Assembly (NCBI GenBank): GCA_036630325.1 | Contig: CP142729.1 | Span: 248,001-312,000, forward strand | Length of the DNA stretch: 64,000 nucleotides | Source: Vairimorpha necatrix | Taxonomy: Eukaryota | Direction: 5' to 3' | Shown here: positions 48,468 to 59,458 of the stretch, one piece after another | Numbering within the stretch: the first letter of the stretch is position 1 | Layout: each line of letters opens with the position of its first letter | Position numbers and translations under genes: made by a program | Notes under the pieces: model-generated | Told to the model about the DNA's origin: nothing | Database searches by the model: none | The model's input: only the letters and a program-made list of their open reading frames with translations

Positions 48468-49398
48468 AAGATTTATTGAGTTAATTTTCAATTATGTTTA
48501 GATATTCATAGCACAGCTTTCCCCGGTATCGCTCATGGGATTCAGCTCTTCACAGACTTTGGTTTCTGTGGAATTATTAATGTTTTCCAACTTCACTTTA
48601 GCAGCTTCATTCCCCTTTGCCGACACCACTTCTTTAACAGTCGCCATATTCGCTAGTGCGCTTACAGCTCTAGCCACTTCTTCTTCTCCTGCATCCTCCT
48701 GATCGTATCCTCGTCGTCGTTCCAAAGAGATGGACTCTAGAGTCTTCTTCATCACAATAGACTGGATATATGCTTCCAGGTAGGGTTGGATTTCTAGCTC
48801 CCTGATGTACTTTCTGTGATATTTGGTCACCACTCCATCCCATGTCATTACATAAGGAACTATTCTTGTCCGGGATTTATGTATTAGTCCCAGTTCATTT
48901 GCAAGAAGGTCATATTTTCTTAGTTTTTCATTCTCAACTATAGTAAGTCGATCCTGGTTGGTTATACCAACTTCAACTATTAAAATTTCTTTCTTCTTCT
49001 TGTCAAACACAAGAATATCAGGCTTATTATGGGTTACCTTTATATTAGTGGATATTCTCGTATCTACTCTTATTTCTGCACGATCATTTTCCATGATCTC
49101 TTGTACTGAGTGTCCACGTATTTTCTTTGTCTTCTTAAACCCATATTTAATACATAGTAAGAGATGAATGCATCTAACTACCTCGTTGTGTCTTTTCATA
49201 TAATCAAAACCCAACATTCGATCACACTTGGTAGCTAAATGATCCACGGTCTTCCTATGAGATCCACAATGGGGACATTGTCCCTCTTGTCCACAGAAGA
49301 TATTTCTATCCTGTAGGAAGCAGTAAATTGCTTCGGATCTAGCCTGATTGTTTCCTTTAACCAGCCAGGTAGAAGAGTCCCTAATGCTTACTAAGTCA
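48468..49398 (-). mobile_element. 5'-truncated RLE-type (R4/Dong-like) non-LTR retrotransposon with ~15-bp TSD
   Basis: Open frame SSTWLVKG..LQDRN..CPHCGSHRKTVDHLATKC (CCHC)..RHN..KPDILVFD..IVEVGIT..KLRKY (restriction-like endonuclease). Flanked by TTACTGAAAATATAA at 48453..48467 and 49399..49413. Confidence 0.9.
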
Positions 49399-50920
49399 TT
49401 ACTGAAAATATAATATATAAATATAAATAAAAAAATAAATAATTGTCCTAATTCACTGCCTTAAAATTTTGCAAAAGATCTTTAATGATCTTCTAACCAT
49501 ATATATAAATATATATATATCTATTTTGCCTATACTACTAAAAAAATAACTCCTATTAACATCATACAGTTTTCACAGTGATATCTTTTTAAATTTTGAA
49601 AAAAAAATTTATTCAAATAAGATTGGTTTATTATATATTGCTTGTAATAAATACAAAAATGGTGATCATTATTTTTAAAAGATAAAAAAGGGATACATAT
49701 TTAACTAGCATTTTATGTAATTCTAACCTTAAATTTTTAAAATATATCATATGGTCTTGTATATGACAGAAAAAAATCTTATTAATATCATTTAAGTGTG
49801 GTATCAACTTTATTGTCAATATTTGTTTAATTTATAAAGTGATATGTTTGGCGGAAAATTCTCATAATCCTTAGTTTCTAAAAATAGTACATAAACTTAT
49901 CAACTACCAATGTCCAAATGAGTCAATTCAAGCTAAAAACCATGTTTTTTCTCTTTGTAGAAATAAGTAAGCGTAATTCCTCTACTTGAGTTTTTAGAAA
50001 AAAACCATTACATTACTTATATATAACGTATAAGAGACAAAAAAGGTAGTATTTCCGGAATAGCATAATTAATAAAGTATGAAATGGTATTTTTATCTAT
50101 ATTACACTTATCCACTCGTAAAAAATACTCTTTATCCTTCGAATAATATTAGTTGTCAAAACCGCCAAAATAGAAAGATTAAGATTGTTTTGTATGTTCA
50201 CTTTCTCATATAAATTGTAATTAGATGTAATAATGTATTACATGTATAGAGATATGACAAATAAATAACCAACAAAATTGCTAGTCCTACAAGAGATTAT
50301 ATTTAGTTCAAAAGCTAACATTGGTATTTTGAACTCGGTTCTATCGTCTTTATGTCATATCTGTAATCTATCACAAAAATATAGATCAAAATTGTTACAA
50401 AAAATCCGAAAAGTCTAGTATTGTTATGGAATAACCAAAATAATTAGAAAATAAATAGATTTCGTTAATAACTATTTGCCTATATGATGAATGCTTAGAA
50501 ATTCAAAACATCCAGGGCTACCTGAGTTCTTTTTGCTCTATATAAGATCTGGAAATTTAATAGTATAGTTGAACCTTAATAAACATGACTAAAATAAAAT
50601 TAAGAAATTTTTTCTTAGAAGGCCGAATTTTTACGGTTAATTACGTTGTTTTTTTTAGATGGAAAATCTAAAAAAAGCATCTAATTCTAAAACAGTTATA
50701 ACGATCCTATTGATATTATTGTATATTACTTTGTGGTCCCCTCTAGTGAGGGCAAAACAAAAATATTGCTCCAACGGGGAGCGAATGCAAATTTGTTTTT
50801 TAAATGATTTATTAATGGTGGAACTAATCTTTGTGGTACTAATGTTGCCTTTATTGTTGTAAAAATTATTCTTGTTCATTTCTATTTTTGTCGTACCTTT
50901 TTTTAATATTTTTTATTTTT

Positions 50921-50958
50921 TGTTAACCATTTATTTATTAAGGGTTCTAAACCCTACA
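50921..50958 (-). repeat. 3' LTR of element 2 (38 bp)
   Basis: Minus strand TGTAGGGTTTAGAACCCTTAATAAATAAATGGTTAACA directly after the PPT. Confidence 0.95.
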
Positions 50959-53947
50959 TCCCCCCTCCAGACGGGTAGTCTCTCCATCTTCTAAACAACT
51001 CTTCCTTATCTCTTTCAAATCATAATGCCTCTTTTTAACAATTTTACCATCCAGTAGTCTCACAATATATGAATCATTTTCACTTATAGCTACGATCCTT
51101 CCGCGACCCGTGAATCTTCCCTTGTCTGTTTTCGCACGTGTACCTAAATTTTCTCTCCTAGCGATTCTTACCTCTTGGCCTACTGTAAATGTCTCTCTGT
51201 GTCTTCTCTTGAACCGACCAGCATATTTTCCATTTTCATCATTTTCAATTATAACTTCAGCAGTTTGATCTCTCCACGCTTCCATCGGCGTACATTTTAT
51301 TGCTGTATGTAGTGTATTATTATATCCTTTGATTGCTCTTTCTATCTTTTCAGAAATATTCCCATCATTTTGCTTTATCAATGTCTCTCTTATAGTTCTG
51401 ATGCATCTCTCGATTATACCATTACTCCTATGAGCTTCTAAGCCCACTTTCCTATGTTTAATATCATTAATACTACACCATTCTTTAAATCTATTACTTA
51501 CAAACTCTTTTCCGTTGTCTGTCACATATTCCTCTGGAAATCCATCTTCCCTTATCCACTTTTGTAATACCTCTATAACTTCACTACTCTCTTTACATCT
51601 CAAATTCGAACCCCACAACCTTCTAGTAAAGTAATCAATACCCAGTAACACATACCTATTCTCTCCACCTATGTCCATTAAATCCAACGCCACTTTCTCC
51701 AATTTCTTTCTAGTTACTACGAAATCACATCCTCCTGTGTTTTTCCTATTGTTAATCCCACATATTTCACAATTCTTAATTACCTTATTAATATGATCTT
51801 TCATACCAGGCCAATACCATCTTTGTTTAATGTTATAATAAGTGCCTTTGACACCTCTATGGTTTAACTCCTCATGTACTCTTGTTATTTCATGTTCTCT
51901 ACTATCTAGGCTCAATATCTCTTTCACCTCACCTGTGGAAAATTCCCATTACTGTTTACCGTCCTTTTCTTTAATATGTTTCTGCTTTTTTCCCAAAATT
52001 TGTTTTTCGATCACTTCTTTTCTCTTGTTGTCCTTTTCTTTTTGTTCATCCGAAACTTCTACCTGATCATACTGCCTGCTTAACGCATCTGCATCTGTCA
52101 TCAACTCCCCTTTCACATACTCTATTGTAAAGTCAAACTCTTGTATCTGTTCTACCCATCTGTTTATTCTGTTATTATTGAAGTATGGCTTATTTCTGAT
52201 CTCTGCTAATGCTTTATGATCCGTCATCAAATGAAATTTCCTTCCTCTAAAATCACTTTCAAACTTCTTTATTCCAAAAAACACCGCCAACATCTCTTTC
52301 TCACTTATCGTATATCTTCGCTCGGTAGGAGTCAACATTTTCGATGCCCATTGTATCGGAATCCACTCACCCTCTTTATTTTCTTGTAATAGAATTGCTC
52401 CGATCCCCGTATCACACGCATCAGTTCTTACTCTAAATAGCTTTTTTCCGTCCGGAATCTTCAACTTTTTCATATCTCTCAAGCCTTGCTTCATATCCTC
52501 AAGGCTCTTTCCATATCCTCCGTCCAATTCCACTTAACATCTTTCTTTAAAGCCTCAGTAAGCCTTACTGTTCTATACGCATAGTTGGGAATAAAGTCTC
52601 TAAACCAACCAGTTAGTCCTAAAAATCTTCTTAACTCTCTAACATTCTCAGGTTTTCTATATTCCAATGTCTCCTGCTTTTTAATCTCATTCGGTCCCAT
52701 GACCTCCCTATTAATTGTTACTCCCAGCAACATCACCTCATCTTTTTTGTATTGTATCTTTGTTTGGTTTATTCTCAACCCACACTCTTTAAACTTTTTA
52801 ATTACCCTCTCTAGTAACTCGTCATGCACTCTTACGTCTTTACCATGAATAACTATATCATCCATATATACTTCCACGCCTTTACCTCTGAATTCATCTA
52901 AAACTCTGTTCATTACTCTCTGCATTATATGAGGCGAATTCTTAAACCCCATAACCATACTATTCCATTCGTATACTCGACCATTCACTTCAAATGCTGT
53001 TTTGTGCTTATGGTGCTCCTCAATCTCAATATGATAAAATCCTTCTTTTAAGTCGATAACCGTAAATACTTTTGACCCCTGTGTGGCTCTCATAATATCC
53101 TTAATTAACGGTAGTGAGTACGGGTCCTTGTCAACCAAATCGTTTAACGCCATCAAATTGCTTACCAATCTTACGTCCCCATTTGGTTTTTCAAGTGCTC
53201 TTATTGGACTCCTCCACTCACTTTTGGAACGTCTTATAACCCCTCTATTTTCCAACTTATTCAAGTACTCCTCAAATTTCACCCTAAGGTAGTATGGCAC
53301 ATTCTGCCCTCTTTTCACAACCTTTTCACCTTGCTTAGTATTTATTGGACACTTCTCTCCTGTGAGATATTTTATCTTTTCTTCTGATTCTTTAAAAACT
53401 TCCGGATACTTTTCAATTAAATTTTCTAACTTATTTACTGTTTTACATCTTTTCCCTTCATTGTTGATAATTGGTTCTTTCTGTAAAACTTGTTCCTTTT
53501 TAATTTTATATTTTTCCCTACCAGCTACACTTTCATGACATTCTCTAGCGTAATGCCCTTCTTTCTTACATATAAAACATTTTGTAGTTTCTCTGATTTC
53601 TCTTCTTTTCCTATACATCCTAAGATTTTCTTTTCTTTCTTCCCTAAACTCTTTCAACACTTTATCCATAATCTCTTTAATCATTTCTTGTCTTTCTTCT
53701 GACTCTCTCTCAAATTCTGCTCCTTTTTGTAAGCCTTTATAAATTTCCTCCCAACTGCTCCTTCCGTCACAAAAATTTTCAAAAATATAATCCTGCAAGT
53801 TCGCAGATGCCAAATCCATAACATCTTTCCACTCAACTTTCAATATTAACTTTAGTCTCTTATCTATCCTAATTGCCTCTTTCTCTAATGTTCTAGCCTC
53901 TTGACTACGGGACTCTCTTGTTTCCCTGTTCATCCTTGTGTTCGCCA

Positions 53948-53985
53948 TGTTAACCATTTATTTATTAAGGGTTCTAAACCCTACA
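53948..53985 (-). repeat. 5' LTR of element 2 (38 bp)
   Basis: Identical to 50921..50958; followed by TGGCG. Confidence 0.95.
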
Positions 53986-55384
53986 TTTTTTAAAAAAAAA
54001 TTTCTAGAAAATGCATGTTTGTTAAATATTAAAATGAATTAAAAAATATAGAAATGTAACTATTTTGTGGTAGGATACTACATACTTATAATTTGTTTTC
54101 TGAAAATTGATAAATATTTTGTTCATGAGAATTAAATAAGTTTGTTTTGGGTGGTTACAAAAATACAGGTCCTAGGTGAGTTTTTCAAAGTGCATTGGAT
54201 TAATTAATTTTTTAGTAAGCTACGTGTTTTTTATCTAATATATGTAGTCTTAAAGGTTTCTTCAAATTATTACGATAGAATTAGCTTCTCTTAATTCATA
54301 ATTTAATGTGCCTTTCGGTATGTTGTAGCTAGGCCGTTAAATTGAGACATATCAAAGAAAATTTTTTCACAACGCTGAGCCCCTTTGATAGATAATGGCT
54401 ATTAGATGCGTATTCTGTTTTGGTCTGCTTGCTGCAAATCATAATATAGTCACGCTGATCTCAATTATTAGAATTTATTTTGTTTTTTATCACTATATGT
54501 TTTTTTTATTTTTATATCTATATATACTTCCGCTTTTATTTTTATGAATTCATTTCACATCCAGTTATCTGATTGAAAATATTTTTTATTTAAGTTTTTC
54601 ATTTTACCCATTACACGCCAGCAGAAATATTCTTTGACTATCATATTTTGTCTCTAAATGTCCGCCCTACCCTTTTAACCACTTATAAATAAGAAGGAAT
54701 ATGCTTTAATAAAAAAAATTATTTATATAGATGCTCTGAAAATATTATTACCTCTAAAACTTAAAAGTAAATCTTACAAATTAATAAAGTTTCTTACATA
54801 ATTTGGGTATTAATTATGAGTTATGGCGTCAATAGTTAAAAAAGTAATGCATTTACTTTTATTTATGACAAATCGTTAAAATTATATTATCGTCATAAAA
54901 AACAACTTTAAGTGCCAATAATATTCTGAAAAATCTATAATATAATGTTTGAATTAAATTTCTAATTGCTTATGAAAGCTCGAAATCGTTTTTAAGTTTA
55001 CTGTAATGTTGTGCTAGACAAAATAATTCAAAAAAATTATGTTTAAAAAATAGAAGTATAAAAACTTAAGTCCCTAGCATTGTATTCATGCAAATAAAAT
55101 ATTTAGACAGATTAAAATTTTGACAAATAATGACCAGAAGGTAAATACGTTGTGACACATAATAAGTAAAATTAATGCATGTGTATTTAATATGTAATTC
55201 TTTTGATATGTTTTTTTTACTAACAAAATATTTATTATATCATTTTAATTTATCAAAAGTCAGTAAAATTTGCTTTTTATAAAACACATAATTATTTCTA
55301 AAATTCATTCTATACATAAAAATCTCTGAAACATTGTTTGTTATGTAAAAGCAAACTTTAAACGGAGAAGGGATACTTAGAGCT

Positions 55385-56145
55385 GCATTTGAGAGTGTAC
55401 GATTTTTTTCGTACCCCCAAAATGAATGCAAAAAAGAGGAGCAAGCAAGGGACAAAAATTACTAAGCACCTTTGATAATAAAAATATTTTTAGATACAGA
55501 AATTATTTTAAATAACTTTTATAGTCAAAAAAATTATTTTGCATCTTTTACACTTCCGATTTTTGTATTTTTTTTTAAGTGTTTGTTCATTTTAAAAGGA
55601 GATTTTTTCATAAATTTTCTTTAATAAGAACAAAAAATTAAAAAGTAATATGTTAGAAAAAAAAACTAAATACATATTCTAAAATCTTAACAAAGTTTTT
55701 AATCAAAAATTGTATATAAAAAATGTTAAATAAATTCGAAATATATATATACAGTTTGGTAGAGAAATTCTTTATAAAATTAAATTTTATATATAAATAC
55801 ATGTTTATTTGTTTTTTTTAATGTTTAAAAATGTAAGTAATTTGAGTGTTAATGTTATCTTCTTTCTTTTTTGCACTATATTTTCCTTGTGGTTCGAAAA
55901 TATAAAGGGAACACCCTCCGAGAAGGGGCATTTTGGACCCCAACTCCAAAAAATCGATAGGTAAAAATGCATAATCATTTAAATGAATATAAATATTAAT
56001 TTAAAAATAATCTTTGTATTTAAAAATAGAATAATTTGGTAGGTTCATTGTCATAAGTGCTTAGTAAAATTTGTCCCTTGCTTGCTTCTCATTTTTTTGC
56101 ACTTCATTTTTAAGGTCCGAAAAAAAATCGTACACTCTCAAATGC
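55385..56145. mobile_element. MITE-like / non-autonomous DNA transposon with ~85-90 bp imperfect terminal inverted repeats
   Basis: GCATTTGAGAGTGTACGATTTTTTTC...GCAAGCAAGGGACAAA..TTACTAAGCAC at 55385..55469, and its reverse complement at ~56057..56145. AT-rich non-coding interior; no clear TSD. Confidence 0.75.
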
Positions 56146-56348
56146 GAGGCTGTTAGTTCTCTTTAGCCTTTTAAACTACGGATTATAAGTATTTTAATCA
56201 TATTCTACATTTAAACAGTTAGGCATTTAGTTTTTAATAAATCTTCAATTAAATAAATTAAATTTTGGCTTAAAGAATTTTTTAAAAATATATTTACTTT
56301 AATAATTCATTACAGAAACAGAAATTATATTTGGGAGCCTTTAATTAA

Positions 56349-56397
56349 TATAAGTGCTTAACATAATTGGGGTTTAATATTATTACTGATTATAACA
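56349..56397 (-). repeat. 3' LTR of element 3 (49 bp)
   Basis: Minus strand TGTTATAATCAGTAATAATATTAAACCCCAATTATGTTAAGCACTTATA. Confidence 0.95.
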
Positions 56398-56413
56398 TCC
56401 CCCCTCCAGACGG

Positions 56414-59400
56414 TTAGTCTCCTTCAACATACTTTAAATCCCCTACACCCTTAAGATCATAATGCCTTTTTTTCACCAACCTTCCATTCTCTAATCTCAC
56501 TATATATGAATCCCCTGGACATAGCTCAATCACTCTTCCCATGTCTAAAAATCGACCCTTACTATACTTACTACATCCCTTTAAATTCTCATTCTTGGCA
56601 ACCCTAACTATCTGGTTCCTTTTGAACTTTTCTCTAAACCAACTTTTAAACTGTTGCGCATACTTTCCCTCTGGACTATTCTCCATACTAACATTTCCTG
56701 TATTATCGGTTAAAGCTTCTACTGGCGTGCACTTAATACCAGCATGAAAACTTAAATTATATTTCTCAATAGCTTCATAAACCTTGTTCTCGAATTTTTC
56801 TTTTTGGCTCTTTAAAATACTATCTCTTACAGTTCTAATAACTCTTTCTACTCTTCCATTACTTCTGTGCGACTCAACGCTGACCTTTCTATGACTAATA
56901 TCCAAATTTCTACATAGCTCGGTAACTTTTTCGTTGCAAAACTCTTTACCATTATCCGTAATGATTTCCTCTGGTTTTCTACCCTGTTTACACAAATCCT
57001 TGATAAATTCGGCAATTCCAGATGCGTGCTTGCTCTTCAATACTCTGCCCCATAATCTCCTTGTAAAGTAATCAACTGCCAAAACAATAAACGCTTTCTC
57101 ATCCCTAAATTCTATTAAATCTAAGCCAACCTTCTCTAAATATCTTGTCGTGTTCACTAAATCAGTACCGCCACTCGTTTTTCTATTAAAAATCTGACAA
57201 GTCTCGCAATTCTTAAGGACCTTTTCGATCTGATCCTTAATTCCTGGCCAATAATACTGTTTCCTCAACTCATAATATACCGTTGTTCTGCTTCTGTGGC
57301 TCAAATTTACATGACAATCCATTATTAATCTCTCTCTGTCTTGTTCCAAAGGCATCTCGCCTTCTCTACCACTATCAAATACCCAGTATTCTTTACCTTC
57401 TACAATTTTTACATGCTTATTTCTTTTCCCTTCTTTTTGTCTATCACGGCGTGTTTCATTTCTCTTTTTCTTTGCATCTTTTTCTTTTGTATATACCCTA
57501 CTTAGCGCATCGGCTACGACCATATTTTCTGGAGTTCTATACTCTATCACGAAATCAAATTCCTGAATCTTCTCGACCCATCTATTAATTCTAGCATTCT
57601 TAAAGTCGGGCTTGTTTCTTATTTCGCCCAACGCTTTATGATCAGTTTCTATTCTAAATTTCCTACCTCTTAATTCATATTCAAACTTTTTAACGCCCCA
57701 AAAAACTGCGTACATTTCTTTTTCTGATATACCATAATTAACTTCCGTAACGGTAAACTTCTTAGACGCCCACTGTACTGGCACCCATTCTCCTTGATTA
57801 TTTTTCTGTAACAGTACTGCGCCCATGCCTACATTACTAGCGTCAGTCCTCAACAAAAATTCTTTATCATAGTCTGCTATTTTCAGCTTTCCTAGGCCTT
57901 TCAATACTTCTTTTAAATTATTAAACTCGTTTTTCATATCATCCGTCCACTTCCAATTATCATTCTTCCCTTTTAAACTATCTGTCAACCTAACTGTCAA
58001 TCCAGCGTAATTCTTAATAAAATCTCTGAACCAACCCGTCATTCCTAAAAATCTTCTTACATCTGACACGCATGTTGGTATCGGAAACTCTAGGGCTTCA
58101 TTTTTCTTTATCTCTGACGGTATTATATCTTCTCCATTTAAAGTGACTCCCAATAATTTAACTTCCCGTTGACAAAACTGAACTTTATTTGCATTCAGCT
58201 TCAAATTGTTTTCCTTCAGTCTATTTAATACCCTTTTCACTAATTGCTCGTGTTCTCCTATCGTTCGGCTGTACAACACAATATCGTCCATATACACCTC
58301 TACTCCTTTGCCTTTCATATCTCTAAAAATCCTATCCATAATTCTCTGCAATATCTGCGGGCTATTCTTATATCCCATAACCATAGAGTTCCATTCATAA
58401 ACCTTGCCATTAAAATCAAACGCCGTCTTATGTTTATCCTCCTCCTCTATCTCAATACTATAGAAGGCCTCTTTTAAGTCGAAAACCGTCATATATTTTG
58501 CACCTTGTGTAGCTCTTACAACATCTCTTATGTTAGACAATCTATACTCGTCCTTTTGTACAATATCGTTCAATGCCATCAAATTACTAACCAGTCTTAT
58601 CTCACCATTTGGCTTTCTGATCGACCTTATAGGATTCCTCCAACTTGAATTTGACTCTCTTATCACTTTCCTTTTTAATAAATCTTCTAGATGTAGCTCT
58701 GTATCTTTTATCAACGCCTGCGGAACCATTTGTCCCTTTTTAAATACCTTCATACCCGCTTCAGTATTAATTTTACATTTTTCCAGTTTACAATATTTTA
58801 TCTCCTCTTTTCCTAACTTAAAAACCTCTCCAAAACTCTTAGCATACTTATCTAAATTTAATCTGATTCTCTTACTCTCCTCTTTAACGGCATATTCTTT
58901 TTGATTTTTCTCAAATTTGACTCTAAGTCCTCTTTTTGATCTTCTAAAATCTCGCTCCTGACTTGACTCTGATTCACTACCTACTTCCATTTTGCAACTG
59001 TTATCCTTGTTATTCTTTTTATAATAATTATCTCTATTAATCTTCAGTCTGCATTCAAACACCCTATGCCCTTGTCTATCACAATAGAAGCATCTCGGTA
59101 CTCTCGATTTTTGTCTTGGTTGTTCTCTACTAATTTCTTCATTTATAGTCCTAGAAATAATTTTTCTCATTTCCTCATATATCTTTTCTTTTTCCTCTAC
59201 TTCCTTAATCCTTAACAATAGCTTCTTCCTTATTCCTTCAATATTTTCTTCCTTTTTGATATTTCTCACAATAAAATCTTTTAAATCCATCGAAGCCAAC
59301 TTGAACAGCTCACTCTTCCATTTCACTCTATCTACATCTCTCAAATCCAATTCATACAATATACGCTCTAACTCCTGTAACATCTTTCTGACCACTTGGC

Positions 59401-59458
59401 CACAGTCCTCTCTTGTGAACTCTTCTTTAGGTATCGCCCCCATATAAGTGCTTAACAT
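56414..59458 (-). CDS. Single Gag-RT-RNaseH-integrase polyprotein (1014 aa), no recognisable protease
   Basis: CFYCDRQGHRVFEC knuckle; FDLKEAFY, MVMGYKNSP, VYMDDIV (RT); RTDAS..GAVLLQ, ETDHKAL, VADALSR (RNase H); H..LSH..CETC, ITDNG, SNGRVER (integrase). Confidence 0.95.
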   Translation of the reverse strand: MLSTYMGAIPKEEFTREDCGQVVRKMLQELERILYELDLRDVDRVKWKSELFKLASMDLKDFIVRNIKKEENIEGIRKKLLLRIKEVEEKEKIYEEMRKIISRTINEEISREQPRQKSRVPRCFYCDRQGHRVFECRLKINRDNYYKKNNKDNSCKMEVGSESESSQERDFRRSKRGLRVKFEKNQKEYAVKEESKRIRLNLDKYAKSFGEVFKLGKEEIKYCKLEKCKINTEAGMKVFKKGQMVPQALIKDTELHLEDLLKRKVIRESNSSWRNPIRSIRKPNGEIRLVSNLMALNDIVQKDEYRLSNIRDVVRATQGAKYMTVFDLKEAFYSIEIEEEDKHKTAFDFNGKVYEWNSMVMGYKNSPQILQRIMDRIFRDMKGKGVEVYMDDIVLYSRTIGEHEQLVKRVLNRLKENNLKLNANKVQFCQREVKLLGVTLNGEDIIPSEIKKNEALEFPIPTCVSDVRRFLGMTGWFRDFIKNYAGLTVRLTDSLKGKNDNWKWTDDMKNEFNNLKEVLKGLGKLKIADYDKEFLLRTDASNVGMGAVLLQKNNQGEWVPVQWASKKFTVTEVNYGISEKEMYAVFWGVKKFEYELRGRKFRIETDHKALGEIRNKPDFKNARINRWVEKIQEFDFVIEYRTPENMVVADALSRVYTKEKDAKKKRNETRRDRQKEGKRNKHVKIVEGKEYWVFDSGREGEMPLEQDRERLIMDCHVNLSHRSRTTVYYELRKQYYWPGIKDQIEKVLKNCETCQIFNRKTSGGTDLVNTTRYLEKVGLDLIEFRDEKAFIVLAVDYFTRRLWGRVLKSKHASGIAEFIKDLCKQGRKPEEIITDNGKEFCNEKVTELCRNLDISHRKVSVESHRSNGRVERVIRTVRDSILKSQKEKFENKVYEAIEKYNLSFHAGIKCTPVEALTDNTGNVSMENSPEGKYAQQFKSWFREKFKRNQIVRVAKNENLKGCSKYSKGRFLDMGRVIELCPGDSYIVRLENGRLVKKRHYDLKGVGDLKYVEGD

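Larger units (their letters stand above)
50921..53985 (-). mobile_element. Ty3/Gypsy-type micro-LTR retrotransposon (element 2), 3065 bp, two point lesions
   Basis: Identical 38-bp LTRs, TTTTT TSD, PBS-like TGGCGAAC, PPT GGAGGGGGGA. Gag-CCHC-RT(YMDD) at 52491..53957, RNase H at 51949..52533, integrase at 50947..51927. Confidence 0.95.

Noticed and set aside
50655-50879. Small ORFs / snoRNA-like double hairpin (CCCTC..GAGGG, GCTCC..GGAGC)
   Set aside because: No recognisable product, and H/ACA or snRNA motifs are not convincingly placed.
56541-59447. Antisense ORFs over the retrotransposon (and similar ones over long genes)
   Set aside because: Shadow ORFs arising from codon bias; no motifs or start context.
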